DNA from: Selaginella moellendorffii
Taxonomy: Eukaryota > Plantae > Lycopodiophyta
Direction of reading: 5' to 3'
DNA: 64,000 bases
NCBI RefSeq assembly: GCF_000143415.4
Contig: NW_003314321.1
Coordinates: 940,236 to 1,004,235 of the forward strand
Shown: in pieces, positions 1 through 12,200 of the stretch
Layout of the letters: each line of letters starts with the position of its first letter
How positions within the stretch are numbered: the first letter of the stretch is position 1
Notes under the pieces: generated by a model
Database searches by the model: none
What the model saw: only the letters and a program-made list of their open reading frames with translations
What the model was told of the DNA's origin: nothing
Made by a program: the position numbers and the translations under genes

Positions 1-1765
1 AGAAGAACAAGTACCCTTTGCCAAGAATTGAGGACCTGTTCGATAGGTTGAGAAAAACAAAATACTTCTCGAGGATTGACCTCAGGTCAGGATACTACCA
101 GATCAGGGTAGCAGAGGAAGATATCGAGAAGACAACCTGTCGAACCAGGTATAGGAGCTTTGAGTTTCTAGTGATGCCCTTTGGGCTATGCAATGCGCCG
201 GCAATGTTTTCGGCGTTGATGAACCATATCTTTGTACCCTATCTGGATCACTTTGTGGTCATCTATATCGACGACATCTTGATCTATAGCGAGATGCTAG
301 AGGAGCATGCCGAACACTTGGTGAAGGTGTTTGAGAAACTAAGGGAACACAAACTATATGCTAAAGAGAGCAAATGTGACTTTGTTCAACAAGAGGTAAA
401 GTTTCTCGGGCATGTGGTGGGCCAGGAGGGGCTCAAGGTGGACCCGGAGAAGGTCCAAGCGATCCAGGAATAGGAGTGACCATCGAATGTACATGAGTTG
501 AGGGCATTCTTGGGGCTATGCAACTACTACCAAAAGTTTATCAGACACTATTCGAGAGTAGCCCTGCCCTTAACGGACCAAATAGGAAAAGAGAAGATGG
601 TATGGACAGCAGAATGCGAGGCGGCATTCGTCCACCTCAAAGGGAAGTTGAGGAAGGCTCCCGTGTTTGCATTACCAGACTTTGGTAAGGACTTTGAGGT
701 AGAAACAGATGCTTTGGACTTTGCATTGGGCGCAGTTTTGAAGCAAGACAACCATCCAATAGCGTTCTTCTCGAAAAAGTTGGACAAGGCTCAAAGGAAG
801 TGGCTTGCCCACGAGAAGGAACTGTTTGCGGTGGTCAAGGCGCTCAAGGAGTGGTGACACTACCTTGGGAGACACTTCAAGATTTACACGGACAATGTGG
901 CAACGAAACACTTCTTGTCACAGCCCGACTTGAGAGGGAAACAGGGTCGGTGGGCCAATGCCTTGGCCGAGTTTGATTGTGAGATTTTGTACAAGCCTGG
1001 GAAGAGCAACATCGTGGTAGATGCGCTGAGTCGAAAAGCGAGCTTGAAGTTGGCGATATCTAGTGCGACAGCAACCTTTTAGGACGATGTGCGGACAGCA
1101 TATGAGAACAATAGTCTAGCACAAGAAGTGTTGCTAAGGAATCTAGAGGCACGGGAAGCTCACCAAAGAGGTGAGCTGCCAACGGAAGAGAAAATGGGCT
1201 ATGCGGAACACAACGGACTCATCTATTACAAGCAAACGAGGGTGTATGTTCCAGAAGGGGAATTAAGGAAGGTAGCCTTAGAAGAGTGTCATGACGGACC
1301 TCGGCAGAGTGCCCAAGATGATAGGCTTACTCAAGAGGAAGTACCATTGGCCAGATATGGCTAAGGACGTCCAAGACTATGTAAAGACATGTCCAACATG
1401 TCAGCAGGTCAAAGCCGTGACTAAGGCTAGTAGGGGCTTGTTGCAAAGCATCCCAATTCCAGATCGTCCGTGGAAATGTCTTACGATGGACTTTATCACG
1501 GGACTCCCCCCAAGCGAGGGGTTTGATGTGATATTCGTGGTGGTGGACCAATTTTCGAAAATGGCACATTTCATACCCACCATAATGGAAGTGGATGCGG
1601 AAGGTGTGGCGAAGCTGTTCTTTGAACAAGTGGTTCGAGTGCGGGGAAGGCCGGAGGAAATCATTTCAGATCGAGATAAGATCTTCACTAGTAGGTTTTG
1701 GAGGACTCTCCTGGAACAGTATCGCACCAAGTTGAAATTCAGCACAGCCTATCACCCACAGACAG

Positions 1766-1812
1766 GTATTGGGTATTAAGTCAAGTTTGATGGCACTAAC
1801 ACTTCTTGACAG
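1766..1812 (+). other. Putative 47-nt GT-AG intron within the integrase catalytic core
   Basis: CAGACAG|gtattg...cactaac...ttgacag|ACGGACAA. Removal joins ORFs 1291 and 1806 into the conserved HPQTDGQMERVN. Confidence 0.8.
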
Positions 1813-2230
1813 ACGGACAAATGGAAAGGGTGAATAGGCAGCTGGAGGATTATTTGCGATGCTATGTCTCAGGAGACCAGACTGATTGGGTAAGTCATTT
1901 GGGACTTGCGGAAATGTGTTATAACAACTCACCACATTCGAGTATCGGGGTGAGTCCATGGGAAGTCATCAATGGGCGAGCTATTGAAGGTCCTGTGGAG
2001 CTCGGCGTGGCTGAGTACCATGGAGAGTTACCCGTAGTGGAGGCATTCACGGCGGAAAGACTCAGCATTTGGAATCTAGTGAGGGATTCCTTGGAACAGG
2101 CTCAACAAAGGCAAACCAAATACGTGAACCAGAAGCGTCGGGATATAGAGTTCTAAGTTGGGGAGAAGGTGTGGTTGAACACCAAGAACCTGAGGCTACC
2201 AAATGGGATCAGCCGGAAGCTGACCCAAAG

Positions 2231-2282
2231 GTAAAAATGCATGTATTCCTAGAAATGAACTGATCTTGAGTTCCTTAAGCAG
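2231..2282 (+). other. Putative 52-nt GT-AG intron in the integrase C-terminal GPY/F module
   Basis: CAAAG|gtaaaa...ctgat...aagcag|GTTC. Removal gives KLTQRFAGPYEVEARIGKVAYRL and restores the frame into the chromodomain. Confidence 0.8.
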
Positions 2283-2640
2283 GTTCGCGGGGCCTTACGA
2301 AGTTGAGGCACGAATCGGTAAAGTGGCTTACCGTCTTTGACTTCCTTGAGAGATGGGGAAGATGCATCCAGTGTTCCACGTGAACTTACTCAAGCCGTAC
2401 TTTGAGGATCCGCTTTGCAAGGACCAAGTGAGACCTTTACCTGAGGTTATCCAAGGGGAAGAGGAATACGAAGTTTAGGCCATCCTCAATGCGCGCAAGA
2501 GCAAGAGACAAGGACGCGAGGTGAGAGAGTTCCATGTGAAGTGGAAAGGATTTCCACACTGTGAAGCAACATGGGAACCGGAGGAGAACCTAGTGAATGT
2601 GTGAAATCTAGTGGAGGAATTTCTGCAAGGCAGAACTCTA

Positions 2641-3537
2641 TGTACTTATGCAAAGTTCAATTAAAATATCAATTTGCAAAGTTGAACAAGTGGCATATAT
2701 TGGGACCCAAAGGCGCACCGAAGGTAAGCTAATTAGCATGGGTTAGCTAGGTCGACCAGGTGTAGGGCACTACGCCCGACTCCCCGCGGGGATGTCGAAT
2801 CCATAGACGTATTTTACGGGGGGTTCCAAAAGTATAGTAGGGATAGTGAGGTCTAGGAACCAATCTTAAAGGAACTCTCCAGTGGTGCTTCCAAACTGAC
2901 TTGAGGTTGAGACTGGGGCCGAGGGGCATTGGGTGGGAGTGAGCATGGGCTTGGGTGGTGCCGGAGGGGCCACCCAAGGAAGTGCTCAAGAGCAGCTCCC
3001 ATTCCCGATAGGAAAACCGACTGCAGTGCTCCTGGTGGTGCCCCACTTGAGTACCTTTTGGCTCATTGGTCCTCGCCCTTCCTAGGGGCTTGGGCCTTCC
3101 TTTCGGGATGGAAGTGGGGGGGTAGAAGTACCCATACCGGGCCGTTAGGACACGGTGTTTCGCCCCGATGTCCCGAAGCAAGTGTTGCATTCAAGGCTTA
3201 GGATTTAGAGGGTCCCATGATCAAGTTTTGTTGTACCAAAGGGTGTTAGAAATTTGGAGGCTTGGTGCGCTTGGCTGCTTGTGTCTGTGGGGAGTGTAGC
3301 CGAACCTTAAGTCCAGTCTAACCTGGGGAGGGGGATTGGGAGGGATTTAAGAATCTGTGGATGGAAGGCTAACGCTTCGTTGCTCGTGCAGTGAGTAGCT
3401 GAAACCAAGTAGGAGTAAGTAGGAGCTGGTACAATAGGCAAGAACCTTGGCGAGGGAACTTAGCACAAGCCAAGGCAGTGTTGGTCAGATAGACGAGGTA
3501 AGCTGGCAAATTGAAAAGGAAAAATTTGTGGCTTACA
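2641..3537 (+). repeat. LTR-like repeat (left boundary uncertain)
   Basis: Ends ...aaatttgtggcttaCA at the point where the adjacent gypsy copy is cut. Homologous to 24271-24971 and carries the shared GGGTTCCAAAAGTATAGTAGGG motif. Confidence 0.6.
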
Positions 3538-4907
3538 ACCACTTGATTGAGGAGGAAGTATTCAATAGCAGTTGCAAAGGCACTAGCAAGAGCACCAACT
3601 TCCACCTAACGAGCCAAGTAGTCAAAAGCAATAATAACATACTCATTGCCAGCAATCGACCGTGGAAAAGGTCTCATAAGATCAAACGCCACCAACTCAA
3701 ACAAAAGGGAAACTGCAATTGATTCCAATCATCCTTCCACGGCACGAGGGGGAGTATTATGAGTTTGGCACTAAACGCAATTACGCATATACTGGATAAT
3801 ATCATATCATATCTCTAGCCAATAAAAAGACCTGTGCAGCTTCTTGGTTACACGACGATGTCTCTTATGCCCACCTAGAACAAGAGAATCATGGTAAGCA
3901 CGGAGAAATTGCCGAATAAAGACAAAAGGCACCACCAGCTGTAAATGATCATCAGGATCCATCCCCACAAAATAAAGAAGGTTGTCTTCAAGGCAATATT
4001 GAGAATGTAAATGCTGGAAAGGTAAGTTATCAGCAAGTAATGCAAGATTCTTAAACCCATCTCTAAACTTTTGAATCCACGGTTCAACCTTTTGAGCCTC
4101 GCAAACCTCATCAAGAGAAGGTAAATCTTGTTTTGCGCTTCGTGGACATTGAATGTCAAGTACAACAACTGCCAATGGCATAGAATCCTCGTCTAGAAAA
4201 TCCACAGATGCTAGAACAACAGGCTCGTCAGAAACATAAAAAGAGAGTGAAAAAGGAAGAGGAGCTCGAGAAAGGGCATTAGCATCAGCCATAGAACTCC
4301 CTGGGCGATGAACAACATCAAAATTATATATCTGAAGCTTTAAAGCCCACCGAGTAGTATGACCAACTAAGTTCTTTCGCTTCAATAATGAAGTAATGGT
4401 AGCATAGTCACCCTCAAGTAACATCCGAGAACCATGTAGATATGCATGAAGTTCCTCAAAACCCCAGACTGCTGCTAAACACTCATTATCTATCGTAGAG
4501 TAGTTCACCTTCGCTGGTTGTAATATATGGCTTATATACACAATGGGATGGCACTGACCAGGCACACTCGGGCTCTGTTGCATCAACACACCTCTAAAAC
4601 CAATATCAAAAGCATTCACGCGCAAAATAAAAGGTTGAGTGTAGTTAGGATATGCTCAAATCGGAAGAGTTGTCAATAGCTCTTTGAGATCCACAAACGC
4701 CCACTCACAATCTGGAGACCAAATGAAAGATAACATTGACAACTTTAGTAACGCTCACAACGATGTAGTGTAATCAGAAAGATGATCCACAAACAACCAA
4801 GATACTGCACCTTGCCCAAAAAGCACTGCACATCATTCACACACTTCGGAGTAGGGAACTTTAGAATAGCCATAAGTTTGTCATGATCAACTTGCAAACC
4901 TTCACGA

Positions 4908-5578
4908 TATAATGCACCTTATCTCTCTCCCCTCAAGCTAACTGGAAAAAGGGGCAATTGTTTGATGAGAAAGCTCTTAATGGCTATTTTATCCCCATTT
5001 ATCCCCCAAGGTTCCAAGGATCCATGGTGACAGTATATCCAAATCTCATCCTATGATCACATGTGCTATACTCACCCCCCCTTTAAAAATGTCAATGTCT
5101 TCATTGACTATTGACTAACAACCCCTATTGAGCCAAGGGGAACCAACACTTCCATTTCCGCACTGAATATACCAATCCTTCCATTGTGTAGACCAGCTAT
5201 TCCATGTGAGGCAACTAGTCATCCACCCGTACCACAGTTCCACGGTGGATACCTTCGTTCGTGGATACTCCACACAAGAGGAAAGACGTACACATGCCCA
5301 ATACGTACGATTTCAAATTTAGGGGTAGGAATATACCTTGCTCAAGGGTATATTATATTTTTAAGTAGCCATTAATAAATGGGAATCGAACCCGTGCCAT
5401 TTGCTCTGATACCAACTGTAGCGCACCTTATCTCTCTCCCCTTAAGCCAACTGGAAAAGGGGCAATTGCTTGATGAGAGAGCCTTTAGTGGCTATTTTAT
5501 CCCCATTTATCCCCTAATGTTCCAAGGATCTACGGTGACAGTATATCCAAATCTCATTCTATGATCACATGTGCTACA
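4908..5578 (-). mobile_element. TRIM (terminal-repeat retrotransposon in miniature)
   Basis: Direct repeats 4908-5070 and 5417-5578 (~162 bp). PBS TGGTATCAGAGC (tRNA-iMet) is the reverse of 5403-5414; PPT is the reverse of 5071-5081. Imperfect 4-bp TSD acga/acaa inside the host RT gene. Confidence 0.92.
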
Positions 5579-6257
5579 ACAAGAAATACAATACTCAAGA
5601 TAAGTTATGTCCTTGGATCCAAATACGCACTTTGACTACTTCAGCTTTAAACCAACGTCCCATAGCCGATCCAACACTTTACAAACATCATGAATGTGCT
5701 CCTCCCACGTCCCCTTTAAGTGGATCAATACATCATTAATGAAGTCAGTAGTCACCTTCAGCATATCGCAAAGAACCTCGTCCATCATCTACTATAAAGT
5801 TGCTGGAGCATTGTTTAAACCAAATGGTATCACCAAGAACTTGTACAAACCAAATGATGTACGAAAAGCAGTTTAGGAATATCTTCTTTAGCCATCGGCA
5901 CTTGCCAGTACCCAAAAGCAAGATCTAGCTTGGTGAACCAACGACTTCGCCCTAAACGTTCCAAAAGATCAGCAGTGTGAGGAAGAGGGTACACATCCGG
6001 GATCGTCATTTCATTTAATGGATGATAGTCGATGCAGAAATGAATACTCCCATCAGGCTTCATTACAAAATGAGGTTCACATGCCCAAGGACTCTGTGAT
6101 TTCCGAATAACACCCTTCTTCAACATCTCCTTGACGTTTGCACGTAAAATCTTGATTTCTTTGGGTGACCGACAACGAACAAGAACCTTGGTTGGACGAG
6201 CATCCCCAGTTGGAATCAGATGACATGTGGCAATCTTGGCCCCAAATGATAAGTCAA

Positions 6258-9200
6258 TGTCGCAAATGTGACTTCGGGTATCGAAAGTTACCTATCGGCC
6301 AGTCCTTACAGACATTCTTTCCTTACTGCCACGATGGCAGAAAGTCGGTATTGCTAGACCCTTTATCAGTCCCTCTTGTGCTAGTGGAGTTAACTGGGCA
6401 TTTCGAGTGTACTTAGACCGGACGAGTATAAGGACGGAATTCTTACGTGTTATTAGCTAAGCATACTTAGCCCGGTAAGGAGTTCCCGTCTCGTTTTATT
6501 TTGCACTTGCTAGTGATAAGAATCCTCGCGTATTGAGATTAGTCCCTCAATATCACTAGATGATAGCTTATCGTGTCTAACAAACACCCTCGCTATCATG
6601 CCCTTTATGTTAGTCTCATTTCGGTCTTAAATGCTATTTATGGAAAGTGTCTAGATTTGCTCATTTGGCATATCTACGGAATGTAAAGATTGGCCTGAAC
6701 ACAATGGTGTTCGTTCCATGTCCAAATTCACATTCTAGCACCATTCAATATTTAGTAAGTTTCGAGCTTGTCCTAGAGACTAACTCCTGATACTAAGGGA
6801 GGCTTGGGGTGAAAGCCCAAAGCGTGTGTTCCTCAAGGGGGGAGGGTGGGGGGTGGGGGGGATATAGAGGGTTCCAAATGTATAGTAGGGATAGTGGGTA
6901 GGTCGGGCATGGCTGACCAACCTGAGGCATAGTCTAGCTCTCGCTTGCATGTTTGTCCTTGTTCTACATCCGGTTTGGGTCTAAGCCCAAGTTCCATTCC
7001 ATGCTAGCTAGTGGAGTACCCAGCAGGAGCCCAGCGACAGAGATAGGTGCCCATGAGCTCCAGGGTATGTGGAAGGGTAGAGGCGGCCACTGCCCAGCAG
7101 CGACAAGGACAAGGATCGCTCATATGTTTTTCTTTTGCAGGGCCGCATGACTGTATGTAATTTAGCATCCGTTGGCAGCTCGACCAGGACAGGCTCAGCA
7201 GACCAAGCCCAACACAAGCTGTACATCTCTGTGCTCTTCTTTCTCCCTCGACACAGCAAGGAATGCATGCATTCTTACTGGAATTCCACGGTTTCTTGGT
7301 TTTTTCTGGGGCCTCACAAAAAACTCTAGTGGACAGGAAGAATCGACTCAAGACCCATCTCACTCTGCTGATGAAAGCTGCAGCTCTTGACACTAGAGTC
7401 GCTTTTTGGAAGTGGTGACATCCGAGTGAGCTCAAGAGCTCTGCTGTACGGCTACCTTTTCTATGAGCCTGCGCTGTGGAAGTTCCTGTGCACAACAAGT
7501 AGTGACTTTCGAGGCACTGCATATGGAGACTCAACTGTGAACTCTAGGCACTGGAAAGGCTGGTGGATGGACGTGGAAGGATTTCAAGCTTTTGTGTCGG
7601 CTCCAGAGCACACGACGAGCAAGTGGTACATCGTTCCAAAGATGGAGTGGCTTTCTCCGATGGTGATCCGTGAAGACGAGGAGAGCTTTCTCCACGGCGT
7701 GATCAGCAGCAATGGACTGGTGGATATGGCTGCCAAAGTCACTGAGGAAGTGAGCAGGATGGACAGGGATAGGATGAGACGCTTCATGGTGACAGAGATT
7801 TGTCGGCAAAGCGATGAGTGTCACTGTATTTGGAGTGAGAGAAGAAGGGGTTTTATCGTCGAGGATTCCTGGCCAGATACCAAAGCTTACAGTCTTCACA
7901 GCTTTGTTATGTCTTGGGGTCTATGAAGGAAATCTGCTACTCCATCCATGCGATGTTCACAAGAGCTTGGAAGATTTCTGATGCTTGGAGATGATCACGA
8001 GCTTCGAAGTTTTCTTTTTGCTGCTGGATGATTCGAACTTCTATTTTTACAGTTTGAGCAGCAAAGTTTTTGATCTTTGGGAAAGATTCCACTCGCTGAA
8101 ACGCACTGAAAAAGTCCTCATTATAATGTAACGTGAGCTGGATCGCCAGCGAGGCTCCATGTTCCCACCATTTATACTGGGACTAGGGTTTTCTCCTTCT
8201 GGGCCGACACCCCGACGGGATGATCCTCCATTCGAGTTCACAAATCTGAATGTTGGTTTTTGCATGTTGGTTCTGGCAATGGGATGCCGGTTGCTCTAGG
8301 ACTGTTCTAAGTCACTCCGGGCTCCTGTCCCTTCGCTCCTTGGGCTGTGTGCTCAGGAGTTGCTTCGTGGTCTGGTTCTGCCTCCATGCTTGGGAGTTTG
8401 GCACTGTTCCTTCATTCAGTGGCCCAAGGCCCTGAACCTCAGGTTCCGCACCACTGTCATTTGGACACGTGGCATATGACATGTGGCATGTGTCACATGG
8501 TATAAAGATGGTTTAGGTTCCGCTTCGTGGTGCTATCCTATGGTAAATCACTATAGGATAAAGGGTAAAAACCACGTGCGCTACATTTGGTATTAGAGAA
8601 TGAGTCTCAGCGAGTATTATTCAATGAGATTGGGCAACTAGTCTCGTTGCATACGCAGAGATGAAAACGATGATCCAAATGGGTACACGTTTGGGTGTTA
8701 AAACTTCGCAATTGTTCCTTGGGTATGGATTTGGTTACCTTTTTGTACCATAATAATGTGAGTTTGCTCTTGGGCTCATAGGATGGATTTGAGGTGTACC
8801 ATTTACATGAGTTTTCACTTGGGCTCGTGAGTGAGGCACATTAACAACTCAAAGTTATACTTTGAATTGGCAGGATTAATGTAAGCCTATCGATGGTCTA
8901 GTGGTTCCGTAAGTTGTTCCATGTACCATGGGTGAAAGCGAACCTCCCTGGGTTTGCTATGAGTGGCAAATAGGCTGGTTCGTAGCTGTTTAGCACGGCA
9001 CTAGTGGATCCTTCCTAGGCATGATTACAAGTGAATCAATCAAGATTGTAGGGATTAGTCTATTGATTCAAGTAGTTATTGCCGTGCTCTCTCATAAACT
9101 TTTCTTGGATTGGACTGAAGGCAGTGCGAAAGCATGTTTGAGGTTTAGTCAAAAGATAAGACTGAAAAGGGAGTTGTTAGGGACGAAGGATTAAACACGT

Positions 9201-12200
9201 AAATCATTTTCTCTTGGAGAGATGATTTGCAACGAGGTGTTGACTCATTGCTCATGTTCACAATATGCAATCAAGAGTCCCTACCTTAATGCATGTTGGT
9301 TATGGTGGTCTTATAAGTGGTGAGTTGTGGGATGGATAGCAATGAAGCACTATACTATTTTGTCTAGGCATGCTATTGGAAGACTTGGGTTATAATGCTC
9401 AATTTTTTTCTGGGGAACTTTGCTATTGCTCCTTGAATAGTTTGGTGTTGGATTAGTTTGAGTTTGATCGGAAAGAGAGTGGCATGAGTTTATCCGTATT
9501 GTGAACAAAAGTTAGTGGTGTTAGGTGTTGTAAGTCTCTATTGGTGGAGTGTGGCATTTATGTTGCATTTTGTCGAGTTGAGTTGACACTTGATACTCAC
9601 ATAAACTTTTGTAGTAATGACAAGTGCATTGCTCATGGTGGCTCAATTGATGATCAAGTCATTGTGATTTTATATCATATCCATGTGATAATGAGCAATG
9701 TGTTTACGAAGTTGCTTGGGTAAATGATGATCACCCAAAGTGGTTGATGGTGAAGCTAGTTTACTTGCACATAGTAGCATTATAATAGCTTTGACTGGAT
9801 TCTCAATGGTGGTCCATTATGCTAAGTTTAAGTTGGTACCTTGTTTCCTTAAGTTTGCCCATTAAGGTGTTGGAAAGGGTTATAGCATTTACTTACTATA
9901 GCTTGTTGGTTGATCTGTTAGCACTTGAAGTAGATTGTTGGATGGAGAAAATATGTAGTTCGGGCATTGACATCACTAATACTTGTGTTAGTGGAAGTGG
10001 CATTGTTAATTCGAGTGATGAGGAATTTTCCTTAGACCTTGATTTTCTATGTCATTTTTTTTGTTAATGTTTTGGCTTCATATTAGATCTTGAAGGTGAT
10101 TGAAAAAAGAGTGTTAGTGCAATGTGGATATCCGATGATCAAGTCTTCGTGATTAAGCCTTGGGTGTTCACTTTGCATTTTTGTGGATGTCAATGTTAGA
10201 TGTCAGTTATATGGGCAAAAATGTTTGATGCTTAAGCATGCTATTAGGTCATAAGAATCTATGTTGAGGTGAGCCTATGTGAAGTTGTTGGTAAGAGGAA
10301 GTTGGTTGAGTCTTAAAAGTTTGTATTCCTAGACTAAGAGTCATTCTTTCTCTAGGATGGAAATTTTTCACAAATTTTCTTAAACTTTTCCAATGGCTAA
10401 TCTGTTGATCACTTTTCTCGAAAACCATTCCATTTTCGTAAGTTGGTACAAACTAGTGAAGGGGTTAGAGTTAACTTCACTTAAACCTTAGTAGATAGTT
10501 TGTATGATGCGACCCGAAAGGGATGCTAACTTTTGGGGCTAAGGCAATTGAGTTGGATAGAGTTTGGAGTTCGTATAAAAAGTGGCCGTTGCACTTTTCT
10601 AAGAAAGGTGACCCTTGTGCCTTTCTTTTGTAGAGTTGTGTTTGGTGGCAGATTGTACCTTGCATTTCACTTAAACTTTATGAGAGTAGTGAGCTCTCAC
10701 TGATCTTGACTTAGTCTTGGTGGCCCTGCGCCTTGGCTGAGGATGGTGATGTCCAACTTAGTTGTTTGAGTTGAGATGTTGGTACCCATACTATAACTTT
10801 GTCTATGAGGAGGTTGTGTACCATATGAGTCCATCTCATGGTCTTCACTTTAATTTTGACTGAGTGTTGATCACATAGCTAGCCTCTTCAAAGCATGCTC
10901 AAAGCTAGTAGCTAAATGTTTTAGTGAGTTTATTGCAGTTGAGTTGGATTCGAGTGGTCATTTAGTTTGTGCTTGTCTATGAACTTTTATCTTGTACCTA
11001 GGGTATCATGTTCATGTTGGACAAGTATATAACTTGATGACAAGAGTTGGTGTTTGGGTCTTGTGAAGGCAAGTTGAGGAGTGATTGTTAGTTGCTTTGC
11101 AACTAGTAATTACTTGTAGACTTCGTCAAGGACTGTTGACACTTGCTTTGCTCGATGATGATTTAGCAGTGATGGGCTTACTTTATCGGATGGTGTTGTA
11201 GAGGATCGTGTCGTTAGACTTACATGAGTTTTTTCATGTTGGCATGTCGACTTTACCTCTGTCAATATCATTTGGTTACATTTAGTCCGTAGTGTTGGAT
11301 TTCATTGAGTCTTGGACGTGGTGAATCACTCCTTGATGAAGTGTTATCTGTAACTAAGTTTTGCTGAAGGATTAGTCTTAGATACTGACTAAAGTATCTT
11401 CAACTTTGGTTAGCTTAGTTGCTAGAGAGCTCTGAGTGGTGATTCACTCTTGCTTTCTTCTAATTTTGTTATAGTGTTGATGGCATTGAAATGATACCTT
11501 GTCGTTGATATTGTTGATATTGAGATTCGAGTGAAATGAGATATCCTTCCAAGGATTGATATTGAGTTTCATTAGTCTTGATGAAAATAGTGTTGATGAT
11601 TTGGCTTTAGATTTGTGTTGTTTGCATTCATATATTTGCTAGTTAGCAACAGCATTGATGTTCAAATGAACTGAGTGGCAAGTTTGAGTTAATTGTATTC
11701 TAGACGAGCTTATTTAGTAGGGGTTGAGCGTTGGTTTTTCCTTGAAAAGTGATTTAGTCTTGGACAATGCTACCTCTATGAGAGGAAGAGTTAGTGATTG
11801 GTATTGAAGTGATTGAATCCTTGTTAGACTTCAGTTTGAATATATCGATTATTGATGATTCCTCTTGTGCTTGTTACGATGTGAGTTACGTTTTGTTATA
11901 GATGGATTCATGGAGGGTCGTTTGATGATCACTTGTTGAGTATAACTTTGTTGTGTTTGGCTTTTGGAGTGATGCAAATATGCTCTTCATTAGCTTTGGC
12001 ATTATGAAGTTTGGCTTATGGATGTGTTGAGGAAGATATTATGGGTCGCATCATGATTTCTTTTTTAGTATTGAAGTTAGCTTCTATGAGACTTGTGATC
12101 ATTATTAGGCAAGACTTAACTATAGGCTACTTCGAACTTTTGGTTCTTTGAGTTTATTATGCTCATTGTTCCATTTGTTAGAAGTTGTTGAGGGAAGGCA

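Larger units (their letters stand above)
1..2630 (+). mobile_element. Ty3/gypsy chromovirus pol (RT, RNase H, integrase, chromodomain), decayed; 5' part lies outside the window
   Basis: Motifs: [24 protein letters not shown]; RNase H VETDA, HEKEL; integrase H..C-PTC, MDFIT, ISDRD; GPY module; chromodomain EEYEV*AILNARK...FHVKWKGFPHCEATWEPEENL (2461-2600). Several in-frame stops and a frameshift near 1295. Confidence 0.95.

Noticed and set aside
2628-2680. Possible third intron after the chromodomain
   Set aside because: It would need a GC donor, and no conserved downstream coding motif supports it.
4908-5578. TRIM as a hammerhead retrozyme or Cassandra element
   Set aside because: TTGATGAG is present but antisense to the element, with no CUGAUGA...GAAA core geometry. 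No 5S rRNA A/C-box similarity in the LTRs.
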